Source of the DNA: a bacterium
GTDB lineage: Bacteria; Gemmatimonadota; Glassbacteria; GWA2-58-10
Length of the DNA stretch: 64,000 bases
Reading direction: 5' to 3'
NCBI GenBank assembly: GCA_021372515.1
Contig: JAJFUG010000073.1
Coordinates: forward strand, 25,796 to 89,795
Shown here: positions 45,505 through 55,205 of the stretch, one piece after another
Layout of the letters: the number at the start of each line of letters is the position of its first letter
Numbering within the stretch: the first letter of the stretch is position 1
The notes under the pieces: model-generated
What the model was told of the DNA's origin: nothing
The model's database searches: none
Seen by the model: only the letters and a program-made list of their open reading frames with translations
Made by a program: the position numbers and the translations under genes

Positions 45505-46563
45505 ATGCGGTTTTACCGCGGGTTAGCTCATTCGGAGGCAGGCCGGTTGAGTGGTACGAACGAGACATACAAGCCCGGCTGGCTGGCCCTGGCCGCGAGC
45601 GGCGAGCTGACGAATCGTGCGGAACGCGCCCTGGAGCTGGCCGCAGAGTGCCGTCTCTGCCCCCGCGCCTGCCGGGCGAAGCGTTCCGGGGGACAACGGG
45701 GGGCCTGCGGGGCGGATTCAGTTATCAGCGCCCCGGTGGCGAGCGCGGTGCCCCATTTCGGCGAGGAGCCGCCGCTCGTGGGCACGGGGGGCTCGGGCAC
45801 GGTGTTTTTCGCCGGTTGCGGCCTGCACTGCCTGTTCTGCCAGAACTTCCAGATATCGCACCTTCCCCCGGGAGGGGCCGCGGACAGCGGGGTGCAGGAA
45901 CTGGACGCCCAGGGCCTGGCCGGGCGCTTCCTGGCTCTTCAGCGGGCCGGCTGCCACAACCTGAACCTGGTCACCGCCAGCTCGCACCTTCCGGTCGTGC
46001 TGGCCGCACTGGAGCTTGCGGCCGCCTCCGACTGCCGCTTGCCCGTGGTCTGGAACAGCGGCGGCTACGAGACCGCCGAGACCCTGGCCCTTCTGGATGG
46101 GGTGGTGGATATCTATCTGCCCGACATGAAATTCGGTTCGGATGAGGCGGCACAGCGCCTGAGCGAGGGGCGCGGCTATGTGGAGCTCAACCGCGCGGCG
46201 GTGTCCGAGATGTTCCGTCAGGTGGGGCTCCTGGAACTGGATGCACGCGGTGTCGCTGTCCGAGGGCTGATCGTGCGCCACCTGATCCTGCCCGGCGGCC
46301 TGGCCGGCACCCGCCAGGTGCTGGAATTTCTTTCCCGCGACATCTCCCGCTACGTGCAGCTCAGCCTGATGTCCCAATATTTCCCCTCCTACCGGGCCAC
46401 AGTCACCCCCGGGCTGGAGCGGCCGATCACTGTCCGCGAGTACGAGCAGGCCCTGGCCCTGGTCGAGGAGTTCCGCCTGGAGAATGTCTGGGCCCAGGCC
46501 CTGGAGAGCCGGGATAACTACTGCCCGGATTTCGAGCGGGACCAACCGTTCCAGGGGCTTTGA
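45505..46563 (+). CDS. radical SAM protein, pyruvate-formate-lyase-activase-like (AmmeMemoRadiSam/YjjW-type)
   Basis: It has the Cx3Cx2C motif GCGLHCLFCQN and an N-terminal extra Cys cluster CRLCPRAC...GACG. An alternative TTG start at 45547 is preceded by GGAGG. Confidence 0.7.
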   Translation: MRFYRGLAHSEAGRLSGTNETYKPGWLALAASGELTNRAERALELAAECRLCPRACRAKRSGGQRGACGADSVISAPVASAVPHFGEEPPLVGTGGSGTVFFAGCGLHCLFCQNFQISHLPPGGAADSGVQELDAQGLAGRFLALQRAGCHNLNLVTASSHLPVVLAALELAAASDCRLPVVWNSGGYETAETLALLDGVVDIYLPDMKFGSDEAAQRLSEGRGYVELNRAAVSEMFRQVGLLELDARGVAVRGLIVRHLILPGGLAGTRQVLEFLSRDISRYVQLSLMSQYFPSYRATVTPGLERPITVREYEQALALVEEFRLENVWAQALESRDNYCPDFERDQPFQGL

Positions 46564-46615
46564 GGGGAACGGTCAAGAACTTGTTATGTTCGACCGTAAG
46601 GAGAGAATAGATACC

Positions 46616-46641
46616 GTAGGGGCGGCCCCCCGTGGCCGCCC
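46616..46641 (+). repeat. REP-like element GTAGGGGCGGCCCCCCGTGGCCGCCC
   Basis: A GTAG head is followed by a GC palindrome. It belongs to a three-element cluster. Confidence 0.5.
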
Positions 46642-46650
46642 GGATAAAAA

Positions 46651-46676
46651 GGGCAGGCACAGGGGTCTGCCCCTAC
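46651..46676 (-). repeat. REP-like element (minus strand GTAGGGGCAGACCCCTGTGCCTGCCC)
   Basis: It lies in inverted orientation relative to its neighbours, a BIME-like arrangement. Confidence 0.45.
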
Positions 46677-46745
46677 GCGGACCGACGTCAGGAAGCACGC
46701 CTTTGGGATGAAATGCCCAGCGGTAGAGCCGTGAGGTGTCCATAT

Positions 46746-46771
46746 GTAGGGGAGGGTTTTAAACCCTCCCC
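46746..46771 (+). repeat. REP-like element GTAGGGGAGGGTTTTAAACCCTCCCC
   Basis: A GTAG head is followed by a perfect 10-bp palindrome. Confidence 0.5.
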
Positions 46772-46890
46772 TAAGTTTTTTCGATGGTTTTGAGCCCTGC
46801 GAATAACCGCGCGGAATTCCTGATGGAATAGAGAATCCTGATGGCAAACTGAATTACCGGGGTATCGGAAAGGAAAGACTGAACGAAATC

Positions 46891-48327
46891 TCAGCGGCGG
46901 CCGTTCTTGGAAGCCGGGGCCGCGGCGGCGCCCCCGCTGAACACGCGCAGGAACAGCTTGAAGACCCAGGTGAAGAAGATCACGATCGGCTCGAAGATTT
47001 TCAGCAGGCCGATCTGCATGTTCTCACGGCGCACTTTCTGCACGCGGAACACCTTGTAGAGCTGTTCGATGTCCGCGCTCAGGTCGGGGTTGGCGCGCTC
47101 GATCTGCTCGAGCTGCTCGCGCAGGAATGTGGCGATCCCGGGAAAGCTCACGGCGTTGATGCCGTAGCGGGAGCAAAAATTCCTCAGGCGCTTCAGGTTA
47201 GAGCGCAGGGGGCTTTCCGAGTAATCGCTCATCAGGGTGCGCAGGGCCTCGATTTTCAGCTCGTCGGTCAGCATGTCCTTCATCTTCATCTTCTCGGCCA
47301 TCTCGATCGCCTGTACGTAGAAACGGCTTTCCTTGAGCGAACCGATATGGTCGAGGAAGATCGCATCGAAGGCGAGCATGCCCTCCAGCGCGGTGGACAG
47401 GTTGCGCGCCTCATCGAAACGGGTTTTGCCCAGCAGGTTGCGGATCAGCTCGTTGAGCGATTCCCGCACATCCGGGCTGCTCATGTAGTTGGCAAACAGC
47501 TCCGGGCTTTCGTTCCTGAATTTCAGGGTGGCGGGGTTGTTCTTGAACTGCTCGATGAACTTGACCAGCTCGGCCGTGTTGTCGATGTCGGTGCGCTGGA
47601 CCAGCTCCTTGAAATACAGGACCGCCGCGCTGACCAGGCTGGAGTCGGTGATCAGTTCCTGCTCCGGAAGGTAGGAACTCATGATGTTGGCCAGCAGGAA
47701 CGCGTTGCGGGCGAAAGCATAGCCCTGGTTCTGCCCCTCCAGGCGTGAGGTCTCCTCGGAGTAGGCCGCGAACAGCATCCGCCCGATCTCCTTCGCCACG
47801 CCCTCATCCGAGATCAGGACATTGTTCCGCACTGCGCCGTTCTCGGCGCCCAGGGCCGCCACGGTACGGGAGGTCTCGTCCAGGCGTTCGAAGATGCGCT
47901 GGACCTTGGCATATTCCCGTTTGCTGAGGAAATGGTCGATTGTCTTGAACAGCAGGCGGCGGTCGGCGTGCAGGCTGGAGGCGGCCAGAAGGCCGGCGTA
48001 GAGCTGGATTCCCCCCGCGATCCGTCCATTGGCCGAATCGTTAAGGTCGCGCGAGAATTCCTTGAAAAATTCCGGATAGTAGTACTCAAGCTGAGTGATC
48101 TGCTTGTAGTTCAATATCTCCTGGAATTTATCGAAATTGTTCTCGGCGCAGAAAAGCAGTTCCTCCAGCTTTTCCCGGATCGGCTTGTAGAAACGGGAGA
48201 TGATGTCGTTCTTGGACATGTACTCCGAAATCAGGGCCTTCACCTTGGCGGCATCCACAATGGAGCCGCGCGAGATAAGAAGGTCGTGATTGCGGATCAG
48301 TCCTTCGAGTTCTCCAACAACTGCCAT
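46891..48327 (-). CDS. hypothetical protein with C-terminal membrane anchor, atypical (lower-GC, Lys/Asn/Phe-rich) composition
   Basis: Start at ATG 48327 with RBS GGAGGGA 6 nt upstream. The C-terminus has a hydrophobic helix (LKIFEPIVIFFTWVFKLFLRVF). Local GC is roughly 50 %. Confidence 0.55.
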   Translation of the reverse strand: MAVVGELEGLIRNHDLLISRGSIVDAAKVKALISEYMSKNDIISRFYKPIREKLEELLFCAENNFDKFQEILNYKQITQLEYYYPEFFKEFSRDLNDSANGRIAGGIQLYAGLLAASSLHADRRLLFKTIDHFLSKREYAKVQRIFERLDETSRTVAALGAENGAVRNNVLISDEGVAKEIGRMLFAAYSEETSRLEGQNQGYAFARNAFLLANIMSSYLPEQELITDSSLVSAAVLYFKELVQRTDIDNTAELVKFIEQFKNNPATLKFRNESPELFANYMSSPDVRESLNELIRNLLGKTRFDEARNLSTALEGMLAFDAIFLDHIGSLKESRFYVQAIEMAEKMKMKDMLTDELKIEALRTLMSDYSESPLRSNLKRLRNFCSRYGINAVSFPGIATFLREQLEQIERANPDLSADIEQLYKVFRVQKVRRENMQIGLLKIFEPIVIFFTWVFKLFLRVFSGGAAAAPASKNGRR

Positions 48328-48570
48328 CAAGGCTCCCTCCAGAAAAAACAAGCCCCCAGCCGGCGCATTCATTCCCTGTATTATTGCGAATTCTTAGAGT
48401 TTACGCAAGTATGGAATGCATGGGCCGCTGCAAGGCGTACAACCTGATTATCGACCCTGCGGGCAAAGGGGTTTAGTTTTTTCCGGATCGGGGCGGCCGG
48501 CTGTCTTGCCGGAGCGCACACCCGGTTGTAGATTGAGTCCCGGCGTACACCGCCGGAAGGGATTCACACT

Positions 48571-49404
48571 GTGAAAGTCCTGTATGTCACCGATCTCCAC
48601 GGCCGCAAGGCGGCGTATGAGAAAGCCGCCGAGCTGGCGCACGGCTGCGGTGCGCGCGCGATTGTCAACGGCGGCGACCTCTATCCGCTGGGACCGGACC
48701 TGTTCGCGGTGCAGAAACAGTTCCTCGAGGGCTGGTTCAGGCAATACCTCGATTCGCTGTCAAGCCGCGGAATCCTGTTCCTGGCCACCCTGGGCAACAT
48801 GGACCTGGCCGGCCTGGACGGGCTGTTCCGCGAGGTCATGGCCGGGTCGGGCTGCGGGCGGGTGTTGCTGGATGAGGCGGTGGAACTCGATGGCTGGTAC
48901 TTTATCGGCTCGCCCCTGACCACGGATGCGCCGTTCGCCCTCAAGGACCGCTGCCGCCGCGACCGCCCGGACTCCACTCCGCCGCCGGTATCCCGCACTC
49001 CGCTGCTGTCCGGTCCGGATGGCCTTTACCCGGCCCCGGACTGGAACGAGCGCTGCCTGGCTCTGCCCGACCTTGGCGCGAGCCTCGACCGTCTCCCATG
49101 CCCGCCCGACCAGTCGCGCGCGGTCTATGTGCTGCACCAGCCGCCGCAGGGCCTCGGCCTGGGGATAATCGAATCCGGCGCGGATGTCGGCTCGCTGGCG
49201 GTGCGTTCTTTCCTGGAGCGTGTCCAGCCCCGGCTCTCCCTGCACGGCCATATCCACGAGTCGCCCTCCGCGGGAGGGCGTTGGCGCGCGGCCCTGGGCC
49301 CGACTGTCTGTGTCCAGCCGGGCCAGCTCCCCGGCGACAGTCTGGTCACGGTCACCCTGGAGCTGGAAAGCCTGGCCATGAGCCGCAAGGTCCACGACCT
49401 TTGA
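48571..49404 (+). CDS. metallophosphoesterase (calcineurin-like)
   Basis: GTG start with RBS GGAAGGGA. It has the motifs DLHG, GDLY, GNMD and LHGHIHE. Confidence 0.75.
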   Translation: MKVLYVTDLHGRKAAYEKAAELAHGCGARAIVNGGDLYPLGPDLFAVQKQFLEGWFRQYLDSLSSRGILFLATLGNMDLAGLDGLFREVMAGSGCGRVLLDEAVELDGWYFIGSPLTTDAPFALKDRCRRDRPDSTPPPVSRTPLLSGPDGLYPAPDWNERCLALPDLGASLDRLPCPPDQSRAVYVLHQPPQGLGLGIIESGADVGSLAVRSFLERVQPRLSLHGHIHESPSAGGRWRAALGPTVCVQPGQLPGDSLVTVTLELESLAMSRKVHDL

Positions 49405-49408
49405 GGCC

Positions 49409-49831
49409 TCAGCCTTTCTCGATCCGGACCTCTGTGCTCACCGCCACCGGCTGGCGCAGGGTGGCCATCACGCCGCAGTATTTCTCGCTGCTCAAGTCCA
49501 CGGCCTTTTTAACCTTATCCTCGGGTATATCCTCGCCCCTTAGGACATAGGTCACCTTGATGCTGCGGTAGTACTTCGGGTGCTCCTCGGCCTCATCCGC
49601 GCTGACTGTCATCTCGAAGGCTTTCACCTGCACTTTCATCTTGTTCAGGATCGAGATGACATCCATCCCGGTGCAGCCGGCCACGGCGCACAGCAGCAGC
49701 TCCTTGGGGTGCACGGCGCTGTCGGCGCCGCCGCCCGGCCCGGCGCCATCCAGCAGGATCGCATGGTTGGAGGGCGGGTTGGCCACGAACTGCAAACCCT
49801 CGACCCAACGGACAGTGGCTTTCTTTTCCAT
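49409..49831 (-). CDS. OsmC/Ohr family peroxiredoxin-like protein
   Basis: It has the OsmC fold pattern with two Cys residues (LLLCAVAGCTG ... YCGVMATL). Confidence 0.8.
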   Translation of the reverse strand: MEKKATVRWVEGLQFVANPPSNHAILLDGAGPGGGADSAVHPKELLLCAVAGCTGMDVISILNKMKVQVKAFEMTVSADEAEEHPKYYRSIKVTYVLRGEDIPEDKVKKAVDLSSEKYCGVMATLRQPVAVSTEVRIEKG

Positions 49832-50068
49832 TGTCTTTCCTCCTTCGTACTAACGATATGGAGTCGAGGCAGGCTTGTCCAGAGAGCGAGGCCACGGTGC
49901 GGAGCGGGGGGCCGGCGCCGCGTTTCACGCGGGGCTGGCCGCGCGCGGGGGCAGGGAGAAGACAAGGGTGGAGGTGAGGAAAGTGTCGAGGGAGTGTTAC
50001 GATCCTGCGGGTTCCCCCGCGCGGCCGGCCGGGCGCTTTGCGCCCCGCCGGCCCCCCCTGGCCCCGGG

Positions 50069-51718
50069 CTATTGCGCCAGGTCCAGGCCGAAACCGTAGG
50101 GCAGGCTGCGGTCCAGGGTGATCGGCAGCTTGCCCTTGACCGGCATCACCAGCTTGCCGAACAGGTCGTTGACCAGGGCGCACTGGCTGGCGCGGCAGGA
50201 GGAGTAGAGGCAGAGATAGCAGTCGATCTCCGGGAAAAGGCAGATCACCCGCGGGTCGCCGAACGAGGCCATAATGACTGGCTTGTCCATCTCGATCAGG
50301 CGGCGAACGAATTCCACCTGGGTCGGGCTGAAACCGTGGGCCGAATATTTCGGTCCCTGGTTAGTGAACATGCAGCAGAGGATCACCTCGGCCGACTGGG
50401 CCTCGACCCAGGCCTCATCCAGCTTGGCCGAGTCCACCCGGCTGTCCAGCTGACGGCTGCTGACACGCTCGAAAGTTTTGCTCAGGCAGTCATGGAGGTC
50501 TTTCTCCATGTCCGGCTCGAAACGCGCGGTGAAAGTCAGGTTGAGCAGCGAGCGGCGCAGCGCCGGGTCGAGCGGCAGGAGGTGGCGGCGGTCGCGCAGA
50601 AGGGTGATCGAGTCCTCGGCCACCCGGTCGGCCACCTCGAGGTTGGCCGGGCTGGAGACCTTGCGGTCGATCTCCTCAGGGATCATCACCGGGCGGGTGT
50701 TCTTTTTCAGGCGCAGGCGCAGGGACAGCACGCGCTCGGCGGACTGCTCCACCCGGGTGATCGGGATACGCTCACGGTAGACCGCGTCCAGCAGGGTCCG
50801 GGTCACCGCCTCCGGGTCGGGCACCCCGGCCAAGACATCCACCCCGGCGTTGACCATCGCCACCAGCGACTCCGGTTCGAGCAGATGTTCCATGTGACGT
50901 TCCGACAGGTCGGGTGTCATGGCCACGCCTTTGAACCCCAGGACCTCGCGCAGGAAAACCTCCACCAGGTTGCGGTCGGTGATCGCCGGCACCATCTTGC
51001 CCGAGATCAGGTCCGGCATCTCGCGCCAGTCCACGATCAGCGCGGCCAGGCCGGCCTCGCTCAGCAGCTCGAACACACCCAGCTCGGTGTCGACCAGCAG
51101 CTTGCGCAGATGATACAGCCAGCGGCTGCCGGTGAACTCGCCCTTGCAGATCGCCTCGGTGCCCGGGAAATAGCGCGGGGCCGCCACAGCGCCGCCGGTG
51201 TGCACGCCCTTGATAAAAGCCGTGGACAGACGGGTCACCAGGTGCAGTTTCTCACCGTACGATTCCACCCTGGGCAGGCCCTCGGGGATCGCCACACCCA
51301 CCCGGGAGCAGGTCGGGCCGATGATCGTGTTGATTCCAACGGCCCGGCATTCCTCGGCCGTGATCTTGCCGGCCAGGTAGGCGTATTCTCCGCTGCGTGT
51401 AGCCCCGAACGCCATGTTGCTCGGGAAATGCGTGCCCCGGGAAAGAAGCGAGCCGAGTCCGTTTTCCACCTCGGCCGCCACGGCCAGGGGCAGCTCCAGA
51501 CCCTGCTGGATTTTCTGGATGCGTGTGGCTGTCTCGTACAGCTCTCCGCATTTGAACAGCATGCCTCCCAGAGCGCCGCTGCGGGCCAGATCCTCACCCT
51601 GGGCGATCTGTCTGTCCTTGAGGGAGTTGTGGAAACCGCAGAGCGGGCACCAGATCATCTGCCCGATTTTCTGCTCGAGGCTCATTCTTTTGAGAATGGC
51701 TTTAATGTCGATGGGCAT
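50069..51718 (-). CDS. glycoside hydrolase family 3 protein (NagZ/BglX-like)
   Basis: It has the GH3 N-terminal domain (LEQKIGQMIW...). ATG 51718 (RBS GGAG) is preferred over ORF start 51820 because 51719-51820 is AT-rich and promoter-like. Confidence 0.7.
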   Translation of the reverse strand: MPIDIKAILKRMSLEQKIGQMIWCPLCGFHNSLKDRQIAQGEDLARSGALGGMLFKCGELYETATRIQKIQQGLELPLAVAAEVENGLGSLLSRGTHFPSNMAFGATRSGEYAYLAGKITAEECRAVGINTIIGPTCSRVGVAIPEGLPRVESYGEKLHLVTRLSTAFIKGVHTGGAVAAPRYFPGTEAICKGEFTGSRWLYHLRKLLVDTELGVFELLSEAGLAALIVDWREMPDLISGKMVPAITDRNLVEVFLREVLGFKGVAMTPDLSERHMEHLLEPESLVAMVNAGVDVLAGVPDPEAVTRTLLDAVYRERIPITRVEQSAERVLSLRLRLKKNTRPVMIPEEIDRKVSSPANLEVADRVAEDSITLLRDRRHLLPLDPALRRSLLNLTFTARFEPDMEKDLHDCLSKTFERVSSRQLDSRVDSAKLDEAWVEAQSAEVILCCMFTNQGPKYSAHGFSPTQVEFVRRLIEMDKPVIMASFGDPRVICLFPEIDCYLCLYSSCRASQCALVNDLFGKLVMPVKGKLPITLDRSLPYGFGLDLAQ

Positions 51719-51973
51719 CCGGCGCTCCGGGGACAGAGAAGGTTGGTCCTGCGGCCTGACCTTAATTGTCAGTGCTGTAAGCGTAATGAGAATAATAAGA
51801 CCCGTGCGAAAAAACAGCAAATATTTCTTTTTCCCGCCTGGGCCGGGTTTAAGACCGCCGCGAGTGCGGAAAAGCTTGTACGACTGTTTCCGAGTGGTTA
51901 GAATCGTTTTGCGGAGAACTCAATTTATATCCGGTTATCTCAGCCGTAACGCTCAAACGGAGGGACGGTGGCG

Positions 51974-54616
51974 ATGCAAATGTTCGTTTTCAGGTACCTG
52001 ACGGCCGGCCTGGCCGCGTGTGTGCTGGCCCTGGCGGCTGGTTCCTGTGCGCCCAAGGAGAAAAAAATGGCGTATCTCGACACCGGATTGCCTTTCGCGG
52101 ACCGGACCGCGGACCTGGTCTCGCGCATGACCCTGCCCGAGAAAATCTCGCAGATGGGGCACGACGCGCCGGCAGTAGACCGTCTGGGCATCCCCTCCTA
52201 CAACTGGTGGAACGAGGCCCTGCACGGCGTGGCCCGCAACGGCATCGCCACCGTGTTCCCTCAGTCCATCGGTCTGGCCGCCGCCTGGGACACCGACCTG
52301 CATTTCCGCCTGGCCACGGTGATCTCGGATGAGGGCCGGGCCAAGCACAACGAGGCCATGCGCAACGGCGACCACCGGATCTACACCGGCCTGACTTTCT
52401 GGTCGCCCAATATCAACATTTTCCGCGACCCGCGCTGGGGCCGGGGCATGGAAACCTACGGCGAGGACCCGTTCCTTACCGCGCGCCTGGGCGTGCAGTT
52501 TGTCAAGGGCCTGCAGGGCGATGACCCCAAGTACTTGAAAACAGTGGCCACGCCCAAGCACTACGCCGTGCACAGCGGCCCGGAGCCGGAGCGCCACCGT
52601 TTTGACGCCGTGGTGGGGGACCGCGATTTCCTGGAAACCTACCTGCCGGCTTTCCACGCCTGCATCGTCGAGGGCGGCGCCTGGAGCATCATGGGAGCCT
52701 ACAACCGTTTCCGTGGCCATCCCTGCTGCGCCAGCCCCACCCTGCTGGTCGATATCCTGCGCAACGAATGGCATTTCAAGGGTTACGTGGTCAGCGACTG
52801 CTGGGCGATCCGCGATTTCTACCAGGGCCACAACGTGGTCGCCAACGCGGCCGAGGCCGCCGCGCTGGCCGTACGCACCGGCTGTGACCTCAACTGTGGC
52901 GAGTCCTACCAGGAGGCCTTGGGCGAGGCGGTGGAAAAGGGCCTGCTCACCGAGGCCGAGATCGACTCCGCGGTCACGCACCTGTTCCTGGCCCGTTTCA
53001 GCCTCGGGATGTTCGACCCCGACAGCATGGTTCCCTACGCACAGATTCCCGTATCGGTCAACGACAGCCCGGAGCACCGCGCGCTGGCCCTGGAGGCGGC
53101 GCACAAGTCCATCGTTCTGCTGAAAAACGCCGGCGGGATGTTGCCCCTGGACCGCAACAAGTACAAGAAAGTGGTCGTGCTCGGGCCCCAGGCGGTTTCG
53201 TTGGACTGCCTGCTGGGAAACTACAACGGCCATCCCTCGGCCTACACCACGGTGCTGGACGGTATCCGGGCCAAGCTGCCACCGGAGGCCGAGGTCACCT
53301 ACCGCACCGGCTGCGGCATCGCCCAGAATTTCGAGAACTGGGAAATGGTCCCGCCGGAGGCCATTCAGCCGGTCGAGGGCTGGAACGGCAAGCTGAAAGT
53401 GGAGCATTTCGCGGGTGAGGCGGTCTCCGGCGAGCCGGTGGCGGTCACGGACGCCCCGTTCATCGGTTTCCAGTACCACCGTTTCCACTGGCCGATGGTG
53501 CCGCAGCTGGAGGGCCAGGTGCACTCGGCCCGGATCAGCGGGAAAGTGCAGGCCCCGGTGGACGGCCGCTACAAGCTGCGTCTTTCCTGCCGCGACAAGT
53601 TCGCCCTCAGCCTGGATGGCGCCGCGCTTGTCCAGTCGGACACCAGCGCCTGGACCGAGAAGAGCGCCGAGGTCGAGTTCGAGGCCGGCAGCGTGCACGA
53701 GCTGCAGCTCGAGATGACCGGGATGAAGGGTGACGGCAACGTGGTGCTGGAGTGGAGCCTGCCAGTGCAGGCCGATATCGCCCCGGTCATCAGGCAGGCC
53801 GACCTGATCGTGCTCTGCCTGGGGCTGTCGCCCAATCTGGAGGGCGAGGAAATGCCGGTCGAGGTGCCCGGGTTCTCGGGCGGCGACCGCACCAGCCTCG
53901 ACCTTCCCGCCACCCAGGAGGCCCTGCTCAAGCAGGCCGTGGCCTCGGGCAAGCCGGTGGTGCTGGTGCTGATGAACGGCAGCGCGCTGTCGATCAACAG
54001 CGCCGACAAGAGCGTGCCGGCCATAGTCGAGGCCTGGTACCCGGGCGAGGAGGGCGGAAAGGCCGTGGCGGATGTGCTGTTCGGTGATTACAACCCGGGC
54101 GGACGCCTGCCGGTGACTTTCTACAAGTCGGTCGACCAGCTCCCCTCGTTCGAGGACTACAACATGCAGGGCCGCACCTACCGCTATTTCAAGGGTGAGC
54201 CGCTCTACCCGTTCGGCTTCGGCCTCAGCTACACCACGTTCGAGTACGGCGAGCTGAGCGTTCCCGCCGAGATCGTCGCCGGCGACTCGGTCAAAGTGGC
54301 GGTCACGGTCAAGAACACCGGCAGCCGCGCCGGGGATGAGGTGGTCCAGGTCTACCTGTCCGACCTGGAGGCCTCGGTGCCCGTGCCGCAGCGCGCCCTG
54401 GTCGGGTTCAAGCGCGTCTCGCTCGCCCCGGGCGAGAGCGCCCGCTGTGAGTTCAGCCTCGCGCCGGATGCCTTCACCATCATCAACGACAACGGTGTGC
54501 GCGTGGCCGAGCCAGGCGCGTTCGAGATCACGGTGGGCGGCAAGCAGCCCGGTTTCAAGGGCTCGGCGGATGCCGCCACCACCGGCGCCGTGACCGGCCA
54601 GGTCACCTTGCGCTGA
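51974..54616 (+). CDS. glycoside hydrolase family 3 beta-glucosidase/beta-xylosidase with PA14 and Fn3-like domains (lipoprotein)
   Basis: It has a lipobox (LAAGSC). GH3 motifs include LTLPEKISQM, KHYAVHSGPE and GYVVSDCWAI. A PA14 insert (VEHFAGEAVSG...) precedes a C-terminal Fn3-like domain. The RBS is GGAGGGA. Confidence 0.85.
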   Translation: MQMFVFRYLTAGLAACVLALAAGSCAPKEKKMAYLDTGLPFADRTADLVSRMTLPEKISQMGHDAPAVDRLGIPSYNWWNEALHGVARNGIATVFPQSIGLAAAWDTDLHFRLATVISDEGRAKHNEAMRNGDHRIYTGLTFWSPNINIFRDPRWGRGMETYGEDPFLTARLGVQFVKGLQGDDPKYLKTVATPKHYAVHSGPEPERHRFDAVVGDRDFLETYLPAFHACIVEGGAWSIMGAYNRFRGHPCCASPTLLVDILRNEWHFKGYVVSDCWAIRDFYQGHNVVANAAEAAALAVRTGCDLNCGESYQEALGEAVEKGLLTEAEIDSAVTHLFLARFSLGMFDPDSMVPYAQIPVSVNDSPEHRALALEAAHKSIVLLKNAGGMLPLDRNKYKKVVVLGPQAVSLDCLLGNYNGHPSAYTTVLDGIRAKLPPEAEVTYRTGCGIAQNFENWEMVPPEAIQPVEGWNGKLKVEHFAGEAVSGEPVAVTDAPFIGFQYHRFHWPMVPQLEGQVHSARISGKVQAPVDGRYKLRLSCRDKFALSLDGAALVQSDTSAWTEKSAEVEFEAGSVHELQLEMTGMKGDGNVVLEWSLPVQADIAPVIRQADLIVLCLGLSPNLEGEEMPVEVPGFSGGDRTSLDLPATQEALLKQAVASGKPVVLVLMNGSALSINSADKSVPAIVEAWYPGEEGGKAVADVLFGDYNPGGRLPVTFYKSVDQLPSFEDYNMQGRTYRYFKGEPLYPFGFGLSYTTFEYGELSVPAEIVAGDSVKVAVTVKNTGSRAGDEVVQVYLSDLEASVPVPQRALVGFKRVSLAPGESARCEFSLAPDAFTIINDNGVRVAEPGAFEITVGGKQPGFKGSADAATTGAVTGQVTLR

Positions 54617-54626
54617 TCCACGCTCA

Positions 54627-54669
54627 GGGAGCGCCGGGGTTATGTCCCAGCCCGGCGCTCCCTTTTTTT
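54627..54669 (+). terminator. Rho-independent terminator after GH3 gene
   Basis: The stem GGGAGCGCCGGG ... CCCGGCGCTCCC is followed by T7. Confidence 0.8.
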
Positions 54670-54692
54670 GAGCGCCGCCCCTTTATCTGTCC

Positions 54693-54721
54693 TTGACAAA
54701 GGATTATTGTTTAAATATAGT
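54693..54721 (+). promoter_or_regulatory. sigma70-type promoter for gcvH-gcvPA (TTGACA, 17 nt, TATAGT)
   Basis: The hexamers have 17-bp spacing and sit about 85 nt upstream of gcvH ATG 54809. Confidence 0.55.
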
Positions 54722-54808
54722 AGCGGGCCTGTAACAGATACCTGCGCGCCTGAAACCCCGCAGCGAGCTCGAGGATACCTTTTTCACAATTCGGAAGAGG
54801 AATGCAAG

Positions 54809-55183
54809 ATGAAAATCCCGAAGGATTTGAAGTACACCAAGGAACACGAATGGGTCCGTTTCGAGGAGGATGACCTCGCGGTGATCGGGATCACTGATTA
54901 CGCCCAGAACGAGCTTGGTGACATCGTCTATGTCGAGCTGCCCGAGGTGGGCGACCAGGTCGAGACAATGGAAAGCTTCGGCACAATCGAGGCGGTCAAG
55001 ACCGTGGCCGACCTCTACAGCCCGGTCACCGGGACCGTGGATGAGATCAACGACACCCTGGCCGATGAGCCGGAGCTGGTCAACAGCGACCCGTACGGTG
55101 ACGGCTGGATGATCAAGGTCAGGACCAAGGAAGCCCCGGACGATCTTCTGACCCCGGAAGAATACAAGGACATGATCGGCTGA
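54809..55183 (+). CDS. gcvH: glycine cleavage system H protein
   Basis: It has a lipoyl-lysine motif (ESFGTIEAVKTVADLYSP). RBS GGAAGAGGA lies 7 nt upstream of ATG 54809. Confidence 0.9.
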   Translation: MKIPKDLKYTKEHEWVRFEEDDLAVIGITDYAQNELGDIVYVELPEVGDQVETMESFGTIEAVKTVADLYSPVTGTVDEINDTLADEPELVNSDPYGDGWMIKVRTKEAPDDLLTPEEYKDMIG

Positions 55184-55205
55184 GGCCGGAAAGCGCGCGC
55201 AGAGA

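Noticed and set aside
54670-54808. Possible glycine riboswitch upstream of gcvH
   Set aside because: The 5' UTR is only about 80 nt and lacks the conserved GGAGAG / ACCGAAGG aptamer cores. It is interpreted as a plain promoter plus leader.
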